Below, one piece after another: positions 12,731 to 24,080 of a stretch of 64,000 bases of DNA (position 1 is its first letter; the number at the start of each line of letters is the position of its first letter). The translations under genes were made by a program, and so were the position numbers. The stretch is from Pristiophorus japonicus. Lineage: Eukaryota. The notes under the pieces were generated by a model. That model ran no database searches. It was not told the origin of the DNA and saw nothing but the letters and a program-made list of their open reading frames with translations. The DNA lies in contig NC_091977.1 in the NCBI RefSeq assembly GCF_044704955.1, positions 333,250,001-333,314,000 on the forward strand, in the 5' to 3' direction.

Positions 12731-13380
12731 CATGTTGGCCTTCATAGCGAGGGGATTTGAGCACAGGGGCAGGGAGGTGTTACTACAGTTGTACAGGGCC
12801 TTGGTGAGGCCACTCTGGAGTATTGTGTTCAGTTTTGGTCTCCTAACTTGAGGAAGGACATTCTTGCTATTGAGGGAGTGCAGCAAAGGTTCACCAGACT
12901 GATTCCCGGGATGGCGGGACTGACATATCAAGAAAGACTGGATCAACTGGGCTTGTATTCACTGGAGTTCAGAAGAATGAGAGGGGATCTCATCGAAACG
13001 TTTAAAATTCTGACGGGTTTAGACAGGTTAGATGCAGGAAGAATGTTCCCAATGTTGGGGAAATCCAGAACCAGGGGTCACAGTCTAAGGATAAGGGGTA
13101 AGCCATTTAGGACCGAGATGAGGAGAAACTTCTTCACCCAGAGAGTGGTGAACCTGTGGAATTCTCTATCACAGAAAGTTGTTGAGACCAATTCACTAAA
13201 TATATTCAAAAAGGAGTTAGATGTAGTCCTTACTACTAGGGGGATCAAGGGGTATGGCGAGAAAGCAGGAATGGGGTACTGAGGTTACATGTTCAGCCAT
13301 GAACTCGTTGAATGGCGGTGCAGGCTCGAAGGGCCGAATGGCCTACTCCTGCACCTATTTTCTATGTTTCTATGTTTCTA
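12731..13380 (+). mobile_element. CR1 3' fragment nested in Gypsy RNase H
   Basis: Splits the Gypsy sequence gatgcgtcgtcat|atggcgtc; ORF 12848..13282 is CR1 C-terminus; (ctatgttt)n tail. Confidence 0.9.
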
Positions 13381-14537
13381 TATGGCGTCGGGTTTGTATT
13401 GCAACAAACTAATGATTCTGGGAAACTGCAACCGGTTGCTTATGCATCCAGGAGTCTGTCAAAGGCTGAGAGAGCCTACAGCATGATTGAGAAAGAAGCG
13501 TTAGTGTGTTTATGGGGTAAAGAAAATGCATCAATACCTGTTTGGGCTAAAATTCGAATTGGAAATTGACCATAAGCCACTAATATCCTTGTTTTCCGAG
13601 AGTAAAGGGATAAATACCAATGCATCGGCCCGCATCCAGAGATGGGCGCTCACGTTGTCCGCATACAACTACGCCATCCACCACAGGCCAGGCACAGAAA
13701 ACTGTGCCGATGCTCTCCGTAGGCTACTATTGCCCAACACGGGGGTGGAAATGGCGCAGCCCGCTGATCTAACCATGGTTATGGAAGCATTTGAGAGTGA
13801 GCAATCACCTGTCACTGCCCGGCAGATCAAAACCTGGACAAGCCAGGACCCCTTATTATCTCTCGTCAAAAGCTGTGTGCTTCACGGGAGCTGGTCTAGT
13901 GTCCCAGTGGAAATGCAGGAAGAAATTAAGCCGTTCCAGCGTCGCGAAGATGAAATGTCTATACAAGCAGACTGCCTACTGTGGGGCAATCGAGTAATGG
14001 TCCCCAAGAAGGGCAGAGACACCTCATCAATGACCTCCACAGTACCCACCCAGGCATTGTAATGATGAAAGCGATAGCCAGATCCCACATGTGGTGGCCC
14101 GGTATCGATGCGGACTTAGAGTTCTGCATTCACAGATATAATACATGCTCGCAGTTAAGCAATGTACCCAGGGAGGCACCCTAAGTTTATGGTATTGGCC
14201 CTCCAAACCGTGGTTTAGTGTACAGGTCGACTATGCAGGCCCGTTCTTGGGTAAAATGTTCCTTGTGGTTGTAGACGTGTATTCCAAGTGGATTGAATGT
14301 GAGATAATGTTGGCTAGCATGTCCGCTGCCACTACTGAAAGCCTGCGGGCCATTGTTTGCCACTCACGGCTTACCCGATGTCCTGGTGAACGACAACGGG
14401 CCATATTTTACCAGTGCTGAGTTCAAAGAATTCATGACCCGTAACGGGATCAAACATGTCACATCTGCCCCATTTAAACCAGTGTCCAATGGTCACGCAG
14501 AGAGAGCAGTGCAAACCATCAAGCAAGGGTTGAAGAG

Positions 14538-15084
14538 ATCACCTTACTTAAGGAAGGATATACTAGCTTTGGAGGGGGTACAGAGACGATTCACTCAGCT
14601 GATTCCGGAGATGAGGGGGTTACCTTATGATGATAGATTGAGTAGACTGTGTCTTTACTAGTTGGCGTTCAGAAGGATGAGGGGTGATCTTATAGAAACA
14701 TTTAAAATAATGAAAGGGATAGACAAGATAGAGGCAGAGAGGTTGTTTCCACTGGTCGGGGTGACTAGAACTAGGGGGCACAGCCTCAAAATAAGGGGGA
14801 GCCAATTTAAAACCAAGTTGAGAAGGAATGCCTTCTCCCAGAGGATTGTGAATCTGTAGAACTCTCTGCCCAAGGAAGCAGTTGAGGCTAGCTCATTGAA
14901 TGTATTCAAGTCACAGATAGATAGATTTTTAACCAATAAGGGAATTAAGGGTTATGGGGAGCGGGCGAGTAAGTGGAACTGAGTCCACGGCCAGATCAGC
15001 CATGATCTTGTTGAATGGCGGAGCAGGCTCGAGGGGTTAGATGGCCTACTCCTGTTTCTAATTCTTATGTTCTTATGTTGTTAT
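14538..15084 (+). mobile_element. CR1 3' fragment nested in Gypsy integrase
   Basis: ORF 14353..14661 switches from integrase (AERAVQTIKQGLKR) to CR1 (SPYLRKDILALEGVQRRF); (ttcttatg)n tail, then Gypsy resumes at gtaactgaagg. Confidence 0.9.
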
Positions 15085-16989
15085 GTAACTGAAGGCTCGC
15101 TGTAGACTCGCCTATCCCAAGTCCTGTTTCGCTACCGCACGAGACCCCACTCGCTCACTGGGATCCCAACTGCTGAACTGCTCATAAGACAAGGCTCTTG
15201 TTAGTTCACCCTGATTTCCATGAACAGGTAGAGAGTAGGCGGTTTCAACAAAGTACATACCATGATAACGCAAATGTGTCACGCGAGATTGAAATCAATG
15301 ATCCTGTATTTGTATTGAATTATGGACAAGGTCCCAAGTGGCTTCCCGGCACTGTCGTGGCCAAAGAGGGGAGCAGGGTGTTTCGGGTCAAACTTTCAAA
15401 TGGACTCATTCACCGGAAACACTTGGACCAAATCAAACTCAGATTTACAGACTATCCTGAGCAACCCACCTTGGACCCTACCTTTTTTGATCCTCCAACA
15501 TACACACCAGTGACAACGGGCACCACGGTTGACCACGAAACAGAACCCATCATCCACAGCAGCCCAGAAAGGCCCAACACACCAGACAGCCCAGCAAGGT
15601 CAGCTGCACAGCAGCCCAGTGAGGGCCCAACAAATGATTCAACAATACCAGCTTTCACATCAAGATGAAGGGCCCCAGATCGACTCACACTATAAATAGC
15701 TACACTATTGACGTTGGGGATGGGGGGGGAGTGTTGTTATCTATGTGAACTTGTATTTACTCTGTACAGCCACCAGAGGGCTCATCCCCTGGAGTCCCAA
15801 GGGATCCCATAATCCCTTGGGAGTACAGGTATTTAAGGAGACCTCACAGGTTGGAGACCTGCAATAAAAGACGAAGGTCACACTTTACTTTACTTTGAGT
15901 CTGACTCTCTCTACATAGACAACACCCTTCCCCCCCCCCCCCCCCCGCCGCCCCCACCACCACCATGCAGGGGCCTTCTCCGCATGGAGCCAAGAAAAGC
16001 ATGGCCCATGGTGGAGGCTGCAACTGTTGGATACTGCGCATGTGCAGAAGGCTGCAAAAATGTTTGTGTAGATAGTCACTGTGTTTCTTAATCGTCTGCA
16101 CGTGCACAGGTTTAATCTGACCTGATACCCAGAGATTTTGCTAACCCCTCCTCTAAGGAGGAGAATCATTCATTTTCATTAGACTGCTGATAAGTAGAGA
16201 TGTGAGCCCTTATTGGATAGAAAACAGGTACCAGGAACTGCTTCCAAACAGCACAGCAAGTAGATAAACTCACCATAAAATATGAGTGCATTGCCAGCAT
16301 CCTGTACAGTAACTTCCTTAAACCATCATAATACCCTATCAATGTCATTCCACAGCTGGAGATGCAAGAACTGCTGGTCCCTTGGCAACCAGCTAAGTGA
16401 AGCATTGAATCACGGATATAGAGTATGTGTTTACACACGGGGCATTATTAATTCCTTCCACCAGCTTTCAAGACTCAAAGTTTCCTCCAGCTATATGGTG
16501 GACATCTTTCTTCAACAAAGTGGAAGGTTGCAGTATGCCAGTCACTTGATTATCTAAAATATCCAAAATCCAATGGCATGCACCAGTTTTACTCCTTGCC
16601 AATGGTTTAATCCATAGGAGGCTTTGTCAAAAAGGCCTGCCCATCTTCGACATGACTCCCCTCAAAGGTGTTGAGTGACAGAGGTCTTCTCTCTCAGAAA
16701 CCATTCCTCCTTTTGCCATTAACCACCTCACAGCTTGACCCTGGATCTTGCATGCTGACTAAAGGAAACCCTTCCATTGCATACGTAGGAGTTTTGCATC
16801 ATAAAGAACTGTTTGGACACATATCTTATATTTTGTAAGGTTAGTCTGCATTGAGGCTTTGCAGTCACTGAAGAAAAAACCATCTCAGCAAAGTCACAAA
16901 AAGTGTGTCTATGCTAAAGTTGGCCAAAACTTCCAGGTGCTGATTGCAGAGAATCTTTCAATCCTCCTTAGATATGGGAGTGATGCGAA

Positions 16990-18437
16990 AGAACTGGAGG
17001 ATTCCAAATGTTACATCACTGTTCAAAAAAGGGGAGAGGGATAAACCTGGCAACTACAGGCCAGTCATCCTAACATTTGTGGTGGGGAAACGTCCAGTGA
17101 CACTAATCTGGGACAAAGTTTAATGACACTGGAAATATATGGGCGAATAAATGAGAATCACAGCACAATTTGTTAAAGGCAATTTGTGTGTAACTAACTT
17201 GATTGAGTTTCTTGATGAAGTAACATAGAGGGTTGACAAGGGTAGTACTGGTGATGTTGTATATATGGGCTTTTAAAAGGCATTTGTTTGCAAAATTGAA
17301 GCTCGTGAGATGAAAGGGATAGTGGCTGCGTGGATAAGAAATTGGCTGAGGGACAGAAAGCAATGGTGAATGAAAACAGAAAATGTTGGAAATATTCAGC
17401 AGGTCAGGCATCATCTGTGGAGAGAGAAACAGTGTTAATGTTTCAGTTTGATGACCTTTCGTCAGAACTGATGGTGAATGGTTGTTTTTCCAACTGGAGG
17501 GAAGTATGCAGTGGTGTTCTCCAGGGGTCAGTATTAGGACCATTGATATTTTTGATACATATTAATGACCTGAATCATACCATAATTTCAAAGTTTTCAG
17601 ATGACACAAAACTCTGAAATGTAGTAAACAGTGAGGAGGATAGTAACAGACTTCAGGAGGATATAAACAGACTGGTGAAATGGGTAGACACAAGACAGAT
17701 GAAATTTAGCGCAGAGAAGAGTAAAGTGATTCATTTTGGTAGGAAGAATGAGGAGAGGCAATATGAAATAAATGGTACAATTTTAAAGGGGGGGGGGGCA
17801 GACAAAGACCTGGGGTGTATGTACACATTTCTTTGAAGGTGGTAGGACAAGTTAAGAAGAGTACAACAGGAGATACATTATGCTAAAGATTTATAAATCA
17901 CAGCATAGGCCCCAGATTATTGTGGCCAATTCTAGGCACTATACTTTAGAAAGGATGTCAAGACCTTCTAGAGGGTGCAAAGGAGATTTACGAGAATGGT
18001 ACCAGGGGTCAGGGACTTCAGTTATGTAGAGAAACTGGGGCAGCTGGGCTGTTCTCCTTAGATCAGAGAAGGTTAAGGGAGATTTAATAGATATGTTCAA
18101 AATCATGAAGGGTTTTGATAGAGTAAATAAGAAGAAATTGTTTCCAGTGGCAGAAGGGTCCATAACCAGAGGACACAGATTTAAGGTAATTTCCAGAAGA
18201 ACCAGACACGAGGAAAAAAAGTACACAACATATTATTATGATCTGGAATGCATTGCCTGGTGGAAGTAGTGGAAGCAGATTCCATAATTTTGAAAATTGA
18301 ATTGGATCATTACTTGAAGGGGAACAATTTACAGGGCTATAGCGAACGGCCAGGGGAGTGGAACCAATTGGCTCTTTCAAAGAGCTGGCACAGTCATGAT
18401 GGGCCAAATGACACCCATAAGATTCTATGATTCTATG
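16990..18437 (+). mobile_element. Old CR1 LINE fragment (RT and 3' tail)
   Basis: Degenerate NYRPV, QGSVLGPLIFLIHINDL, KFSDDTKL; (attctatg)n tail at ~18420. Confidence 0.8.
17373..17470 (-). mobile_element. 98-bp Penelope-type fragment with degenerate type I hammerhead ribozyme; 10-bp TSD
   Basis: Minus strand CAGTT-CTGACGA-A-AGGTC-ATC-AAACT-GAAAC-ATT-AAC; ATGGTGAATG duplicated at 17363..17372 and 17471..17480; second copy at 48635..48736. Confidence 0.7.
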
Positions 18438-19912
18438 ATGCATCAACAACTGGAACAGATGCATCTTGCATATTTCAATCAACGTCTTTGAGATCTCTTC
18501 TTGAGTTTTGCAGAGTCACAGTAGCACACAGTGGGTATTCACCACAGCTTCCACTAGTTTCAAGACTATTTTCAAGACAGTGAGTAGCTCTGGATCAGCA
18601 GGTAAATCTGTGGGACATTATATGGGGCAAAATAAACTTTATTTTGGAAAGGCATAGGTTAATCAAGCATGGAGTTAAAGATAAATCATGTCTGACTAAC
18701 TTGATTGAATTATTTGATGAGGTAACAGAGACGGTTGATCAAGTAGATATGGTGTATATGGACTTTTGCAAGGCTTTCCCTTTTGCTCACACCTGGTGCA
18801 GAGCCTCACCAGTTGGGAGCTCATATCTAGAAATCCTGTCTGCGTTGCCCATGGTTTTCCATCTATCAAAACGAATGGAAATGCAAACAGGAAGTTACCT
18901 TCAAATGTTTAGAAAGTGTCACGTGTCCAAATACCGATCAAAAACAACAACAACTCGCATTTATATTGCTCCTTTAGCAGTAAAAACACCCCAAGTTGCT
19001 TCACAGGAGCGTTGTCATACACCTGCCAGTCTTAATCAATTAGACAACAACATTGCCCATTGGTGTGGTATCTTGACTTCTCCCTCTGCAATTCCCATTA
19101 ACTCTCTCTCCCCATCCACAAGGGCTTTCCCTCCCGTTAACCATCTCTCCCCCAACTGTTCAGAGGACACACTCGCCTTGACCACGTTTCTTGGTGGGGT
19201 TCCACGCCATAGTTCAGCGAGATCAAAGTGGTCACTTTCTGCAGCGTTTCATGCCCAGAGCAGCAGGATCTCAGAGCGGGGAGGATGGGCGGGGCGATGC
19301 AGTAGCACAGATCGGGAGCGGGAACTTACAGCGACCAGGTTGTTAAGACGTAAAGCCACAAACACCGTGCCCAAGAACATGGAATGGGAGCTCGGGCAGG
19401 AGTTACCGACCTTAACAGGCCCTGCCCAGCTTAGCGGGACCTCCCCACACACACAGCTTTTACACTGGCGCGCTGTGGAGTATGTGGGAAAGTAAAAATC
19501 ACAGAAAATACCTTTAATTCAGGCATATGCGGATTCAGAGCATCTATTTCTTTATCAAATGTAAATTCAAATATGTGAAGGATCTAACACAGGGGATAGT
19601 GAAAGAAATTCACTGTAAAGTTTGATTGTCAGCAAGTTTTTCCTCCACTCCCCTGTCTGACTGCACACATTTCCCAGCTCGTTCAACCAAACAGGATCAA
19701 TTCATTACTTTTTTTAAAGTGAGCAATCCTAAATCGAACTTTGAATTCACAATATCTGCGAGCGTAAAACCAATGGAAATAAATGTACGAGGTGACTATC
19801 GCACAGAGAGGAACCGGTCTCACATTTTATAATAAAGAGGGAACTGTAAATTGGGCGGGTTTTATGCCGACAGGAAATTCGCACACTCAGCCTGATAGGG
19901 GAGGGGGGACTC

Positions 19913-19933
19913 GAGTCCTTTCCATTTCTAACC
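19913..19933 (+). promoter_or_regulatory. Conserved V-promoter motif (V2 variant GAGTCCTTTCCA..TCTAACC)
   Basis: Aligns with GAGTCATTTCCT..TCTAACC upstream of V3 and V4. Confidence 0.6.
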
Positions 19934-19974
19934 GTGGGGATTAACTGAGTACCGAGCGGCTCAGGCACTGCACG

Positions 19975-20393
19975 ATGTTCTGGGTGATTGTGGTGCTATT
20001 TTTACCCTGTATGTGTTTCTATTTATTTGTTATATATGTCCATCATTGTTCATCAAATGTTCATCATTTTCAAGTCAAGGCATTTTGTACATTTTTTCCA
20101 GGTGGGTGTTTTGCCGAGACTTTGAAACAGACTCCAATGTCGATTACAAAGTCGCCCAATAAAAGTGCCAGGTTTAAGTGTACGATCAGCGGAGGGAGCA
20201 GCGTGATCCACTGGTACCAGCAGAGACCGGGTCAGGCGCTCGCCAGAATACTCTATTATGAAACCAGCACCGTTCGGGATCCGGAATTCAGCAGCAGGTT
20301 CAAAGCAGAGAAGAACGACAATGTGTGCGTTTTAATAGTTAATGAAATCGCGGAAAGTGACACTGCCACTTATTACTGTGCCTATTGGGATAG
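19975..20393 (+). CDS. TRGV: T-cell receptor gamma variable gene segment V2 (leader 19975..20008, intron 20009..20101, V exon 20102..20393)
   Basis: Leader MFWVIVVLFLP, GTATGT..ttccAG; V exon ETLKQTPMSITK..RFKC..IHWYQQRPG..DTATYYCAYWD; 23-RSS follows. Confidence 0.92.
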
Positions 20394-20432
20394 CACAGCG
20401 CTCAATAGAGGCAGAAAGCCTTGACAAAAACC
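20394..20432 (+). other. 23-RSS (V2)
   Basis: CACAGCG + ctcaatagaggcagaaagccttg (23 nt) + ACAAAAACC. Confidence 0.95.
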
Positions 20433-20639
20433 CAGCGCTTTAGCTCTTTCATTTACCACACAGAAAAACTAGCACTACTTGCATTTAAATAGCGCCCCTA
20501 ACGTAGTAAAACGTCCCAACGCGCTTCACAAGAGCGATTATCAAACAAAATTTGACACCGAGCTAAACTTAAATCAGTCTTTTTATATTTGAAATGTAAA
20601 AAAAAATTCTGGCAGAGTTTTATCTTTGTCCAGGGCTTA

Positions 20640-21015
20640 AAGCGTTAACATATGAGGACAAGTTGCGTAAAGTTGGCTTGCATTCCCGAGTTTAGGAGGT
20701 TGAGAGGTGACCGAATCGAGGTATTTTGGGATTAAAAGATTGAATAGGATAGATAGAGAGAAACGATTTCCTCTGGCACTTGAGTCCAGAACACAGGGGC
20801 ATAACCTTAAAATTAGAGCTGTGCTATTCAGGGGTGATGTCAGGAAACACTTCTTCACACAAAGGGTAGTGGAAATCTAGAACTCTCCCTTTCAAGACTG
20901 AGATGATATAATTTTGTAAACTAAGGGTATCAAGCGATATGGAGCAATGGCGAGTAATCAGATTGAATGGCGGAACGGGCTCGAAGGGCTGAATGGCCCC
21001 CTCCTGTTCCTATGA
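20640..21015 (+). mobile_element. CR1 3' end fragment
   Basis: Degenerate LEFRRLRGD..SRTRGH..FFTQRVV coding remnant and gggctgaatggcc..ctcctgttcctatg tail. Confidence 0.75.
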
Positions 21016-21257
21016 CCCACAAGAAATTGTTTCGGCTAATCTCACCTTTTTACTTTCTCTACTGGAATGAAAGTTTGACCTCAAGAAGAGACAAGCATCT
21101 GCGTGACGGACCACGGGCACCTTCACTCCCCCAGGAATAAAAGGGCGTCCAACAGATTATTGACAATAATCGATCCGGGTAACTAGAACGGAGAAAACGG
21201 AAAGACGGGGCGTGTCCAACACCGACAGCAACATCTCACTGATGGGGTGCAGAGAAA

Positions 21258-21284
21258 TGAGTCATTTCCTTTTAGTTTCTAACC
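21258..21284 (+). promoter_or_regulatory. Conserved V-promoter motif TGAGTCATTTCCT..TCTAACC (V3); perfect AP-1 site abutting an ETS/NFAT-type core
   Basis: TGAGTCA followed by TTTCCT (reverse strand AGGAAA); the TCATTTCC core starts 63 nt upstream of the ATG. Confidence 0.65.
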
Positions 21285-21324
21285 GGTTGGTTGAGTGAAT
21301 GGTCCCTGATCCAGAGGAGTGAAC

Positions 21325-21761
21325 ATGTGGCTGCATTACTGGGTCATTGTGGTGACCGTTTTGCCCTGTATGTGTTTCTGATGGTTAATTCATATGTTGC
21401 TCTTCAGTCTCCTTTATCACGCCGTTCAGTTATTCGTATGTATTCTTTTTGCAGGCGGATGTTTTGCTCAAACCGTGACACAGATAAAGCTATCGGTTAC
21501 CAAACCTGTTGGTAAAACCGGTAGATTCCAATGTCAAGTAAAAGATGTATCGATCAACAACGATAATCCCATTCACTGGTACCAGCACAAAACCGGCCAG
21601 CCGCCCACCAGAATACTCTATTATGGGAGCAAAGTATCGCGGGATCCGGGATTCGAAGCGACGTTTAAAGCTGGGAAGAGTACCGACACTGAATTCTACC
21701 TGACGATCGATAATCTGAAGGCAGAAGATGCGGCCACTTATTACTGTGCGTACTGGGTTCA
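21325..21761 (+). CDS. TRGV: T-cell receptor gamma variable gene segment V3 (leader 21325..21367, intron 21368..21454, V exon 21455..21761)
   Basis: Leader MWLHYWVIVVTVLP, GTATGT..ttgcAG; V exon QTVTQIKLSVTK..RFQC..IHWYQHK..EDAATYYCAYWV; 23-RSS follows. Confidence 0.92.
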
Positions 21762-21800
21762 CACAGTGCGGAACAGAAACACAGACTCTGAACAAAAACC
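21762..21800 (+). other. 23-RSS (V3), full consensus
   Basis: CACAGTG + cggaacagaaacacagactctga (23 nt) + ACAAAAACC. Confidence 0.97.
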
Positions 21801-22149
21801 CTGAATCACTCAAGGTTTACCTATCAGAGAAACCCACAGACTCCTCGCCTGAGCGGGCAAAACAGCAGCGACACCCCAGCTGGATTTGCAGCTTAACTTT
21901 TTCTGCCTAAACCCATGAAATGCCAAGTGATGCGATGCGAGCCAAGTCTCTGTCACTTTAATCCATTTGCTTCTTCTGAAGTGCTCGACATGGAGTTTAA
22001 AACACCGAAAGCTACCTTAGCAGGGAGTTTGCGGCCCCTGGTAAAGATGGACCTGCTCTGTTGGCGTTGCATTGAGGTTCACCTGGGGGTTTTAACTGCA
22101 GAGATGGTCCGTCAGAGACCGGCTCCCAGAGTGTCAGCCAAACCAGTGT

Positions 22150-22860
22150 TTTATAAAGGTTCATCATCATTCCCTTGCTTTTGTACTCTATGCCTCTATT
22201 TATAAAGCCCAGGATCCTTTAAGCTTTTTTAATTGCTTTCTCAACCTGTCCTACCACCTTCAATGATTTGTGCACATATACCCTCAGGTCTCTCTGTTCT
22301 TGCACCCCTTTAGAATTGTACTCTTTAGTTTATTTTGCCTCTCAATGTTCTTTTTATCAAAATGTACCCACTTCTCACTTTTCTGTGTTAAATTTCATCT
22401 GTCACATGTCTGCCCATTTCACTAGCCTGTCCACGTCCTCTTGAAGTATATCACTATCCTCCTCACTGTTCACTATACTTCCTAGTTTTGTGTCATCTAC
22501 AAATTTTGAAATAGTGCCTTTATGCCCAAGTCCAAGTCATTAATATATATCAAGAAAAGTAGTGGTCATAGTACCGACCCATAGAGAACATCACTGTACA
22601 CCTTTCTCCAGTCCAAAAAACAACTGTTCATCAATATTCTCTGTTTCCTGTCACTTGGCCAGTTTCAGATCAATGCTACCACTGTCCCTTTTATTCTTCA
22701 CCTTTGCTGGCAAGCCTATTATGTGGCACTTTATCAAACGCCTTTTGGAAGTCCATGTACGCCACATCAACTGCATCACCCTAATCAACCCTCTCTGTTA
22801 CCTCATCAAAATACTCAATCAAGATAGTTAAACACGATTTGCCTTTAACAAATCCGTGCT
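22150..22860 (-). mobile_element. Old CR1 RT fragment
   Basis: Reverse-strand remnants of YMDFQKAFDKVPH, LIYINDL, KFVDDTKL. Confidence 0.75.
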
Positions 22861-23049
22861 GAAGGAAACCCCATTAGCTTGCACTCTTGAGATCCAGGTT
22901 GTGAGGCAAAAGTAGCTGGAGACCCAGGCCTGATCTTGACCCATGAGTCCACATAGGTACATCTGCTGGGATTCACAAAGATGACACCCAGGGACACCCA
23001 CATGTTGCCCAGATTGTGGCGAGCAAAGGGCTCAGCCTCCTGGAGATAA

Positions 23050-23455
23050 AGAAGAAATAACTTGCATTTATATAGTGCCTCAGAATGTCCCAAAGTGCTT
23101 TACAGCCAATCAAGTGCCTTTGGAAGTGTAGTCACTGTTGTAATGTAGGAAACGCGGCAGCCAATTTGCGCACAGCAAGCTCCCACAGACAACAATATGA
23201 TAATGACCAGATAATCTAATTAATGATGTTGGTTGAGGGATAAATATTGGTCAGGGCACGGGGGAGAACTCTCCTGCTCTTCTTTGAAATAGTGCAGTGG
23301 GATCTTTTACCTGAGGGAGCAGACGGGGGTCTCGGTTTAACGTCTCATCTGAAATATGGCACCTCCGGCAGTGCAGCACTCCCTCAGTACTGCACTGGGA
23401 GTATCAACCTAGATTATGTGCCGAAGTCTCTGGAGAGGGTCTTGAACACACGAGA
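23050..23455 (-). mobile_element. DeuSINE-family SINE (SacSINE1/AmnSINE1-like), near full length
   Basis: Reverse complement contains a Deu-like core gctgccgcgtttcctacattacaacagtgactacacttc and an L2-type tail ..ggcactatataaatgcaag; family assigned from recall, not from a search. Confidence 0.7.
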
Positions 23456-24007
23456 TCTGAACATACGTTTCCATATTTCTTGGCTCTCCCCGAATTCCCA
23501 ACGGGAATATGGATAAACACCTCGAGATTTCTGAGCTGTCGATTATTGGAACTTCCAGAAACTGTGAAAATAATCGCGGAGTTTCTCTAAAGTGGTAGAG
23601 ATAGGGTTGCAAGAAGATATGAAGGATGGAAAGTGAGAAAAGAGACAGAGGCAGAGAAAGTGCGTCAGGGGAAAATGACAGGTAAAATACAGTCAAAAGG
23701 GCAACACAGTAATAGCCCCAGTCACCCAGAGAAAACAAAGAGATTAAAAACAAAATGTTAGAGCAATATTGATTACAAAACTGCATTCATGGGAGTAAAA
23801 ACACAGCAAGAGCGAAGCAGTAGTTTATTTATTTCAATCCTTTTGAGATGATAAAGTTTGCACCATCTACAGTTTACAATAGGCTTGAACCACTGCGCCT
23901 CCCACCTCCTACACATCAATGAAAAAACACTCAACCTTTGTGTAAAGAGCGATGAAGCAATGATCCAGAATGTGAACAGATCGCGGTACCGCCAGGATCC
24001 GAGATGC

Positions 24008-24034
24008 GAGTCATTTCCTCTTTAACCTCTAACC
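24008..24034 (+). promoter_or_regulatory. Conserved V-promoter motif GAGTCATTTCCT..TCTAACC (V4)
   Basis: TCATTTCC core starts 70 nt upstream of the ATG; matches V2 and V3. Confidence 0.65.
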
Positions 24035-24080
24035 ATCTCGTTAAACGGAGCGAGTGTATCCTAATCTTCACTGCTGCACC

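Larger units (their letters stand above)
10747..15924 (+). mobile_element. Gypsy (Mag-type) LTR retrotransposon, degenerate; 5' LTR/gag partly deleted; 3' LTR 15735..15924
   Basis: LTR start TGTTATATATG, end ..AACA; polypurine tract gggggggagtg at ~15722; protease ELDTGA, RT 11774..12631 (WASPI, CGDYK, VFQDDI), RNase H, integrase (VDYAGPF); CCCT flanks both ends. Confidence 0.93.

Noticed and set aside
16150-16990. Unassigned sequence that may be a decayed DNA transposon (also a THCVL remnant near 18500 on the minus strand)
   Set aside because: No convincing motif or terminal repeats by eye; needs a repeat-library search.
18527-18565. Isolated CACAGTG heptamer
   Set aside because: No nonamer at either spacing and no V exon before it; expected by chance.
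18644-19495. 283-aa plus-strand ORF
   Set aside because: Begins as a CR1 RT remnant and runs through a SINE tail and unrelated sequence; no coherent domain.
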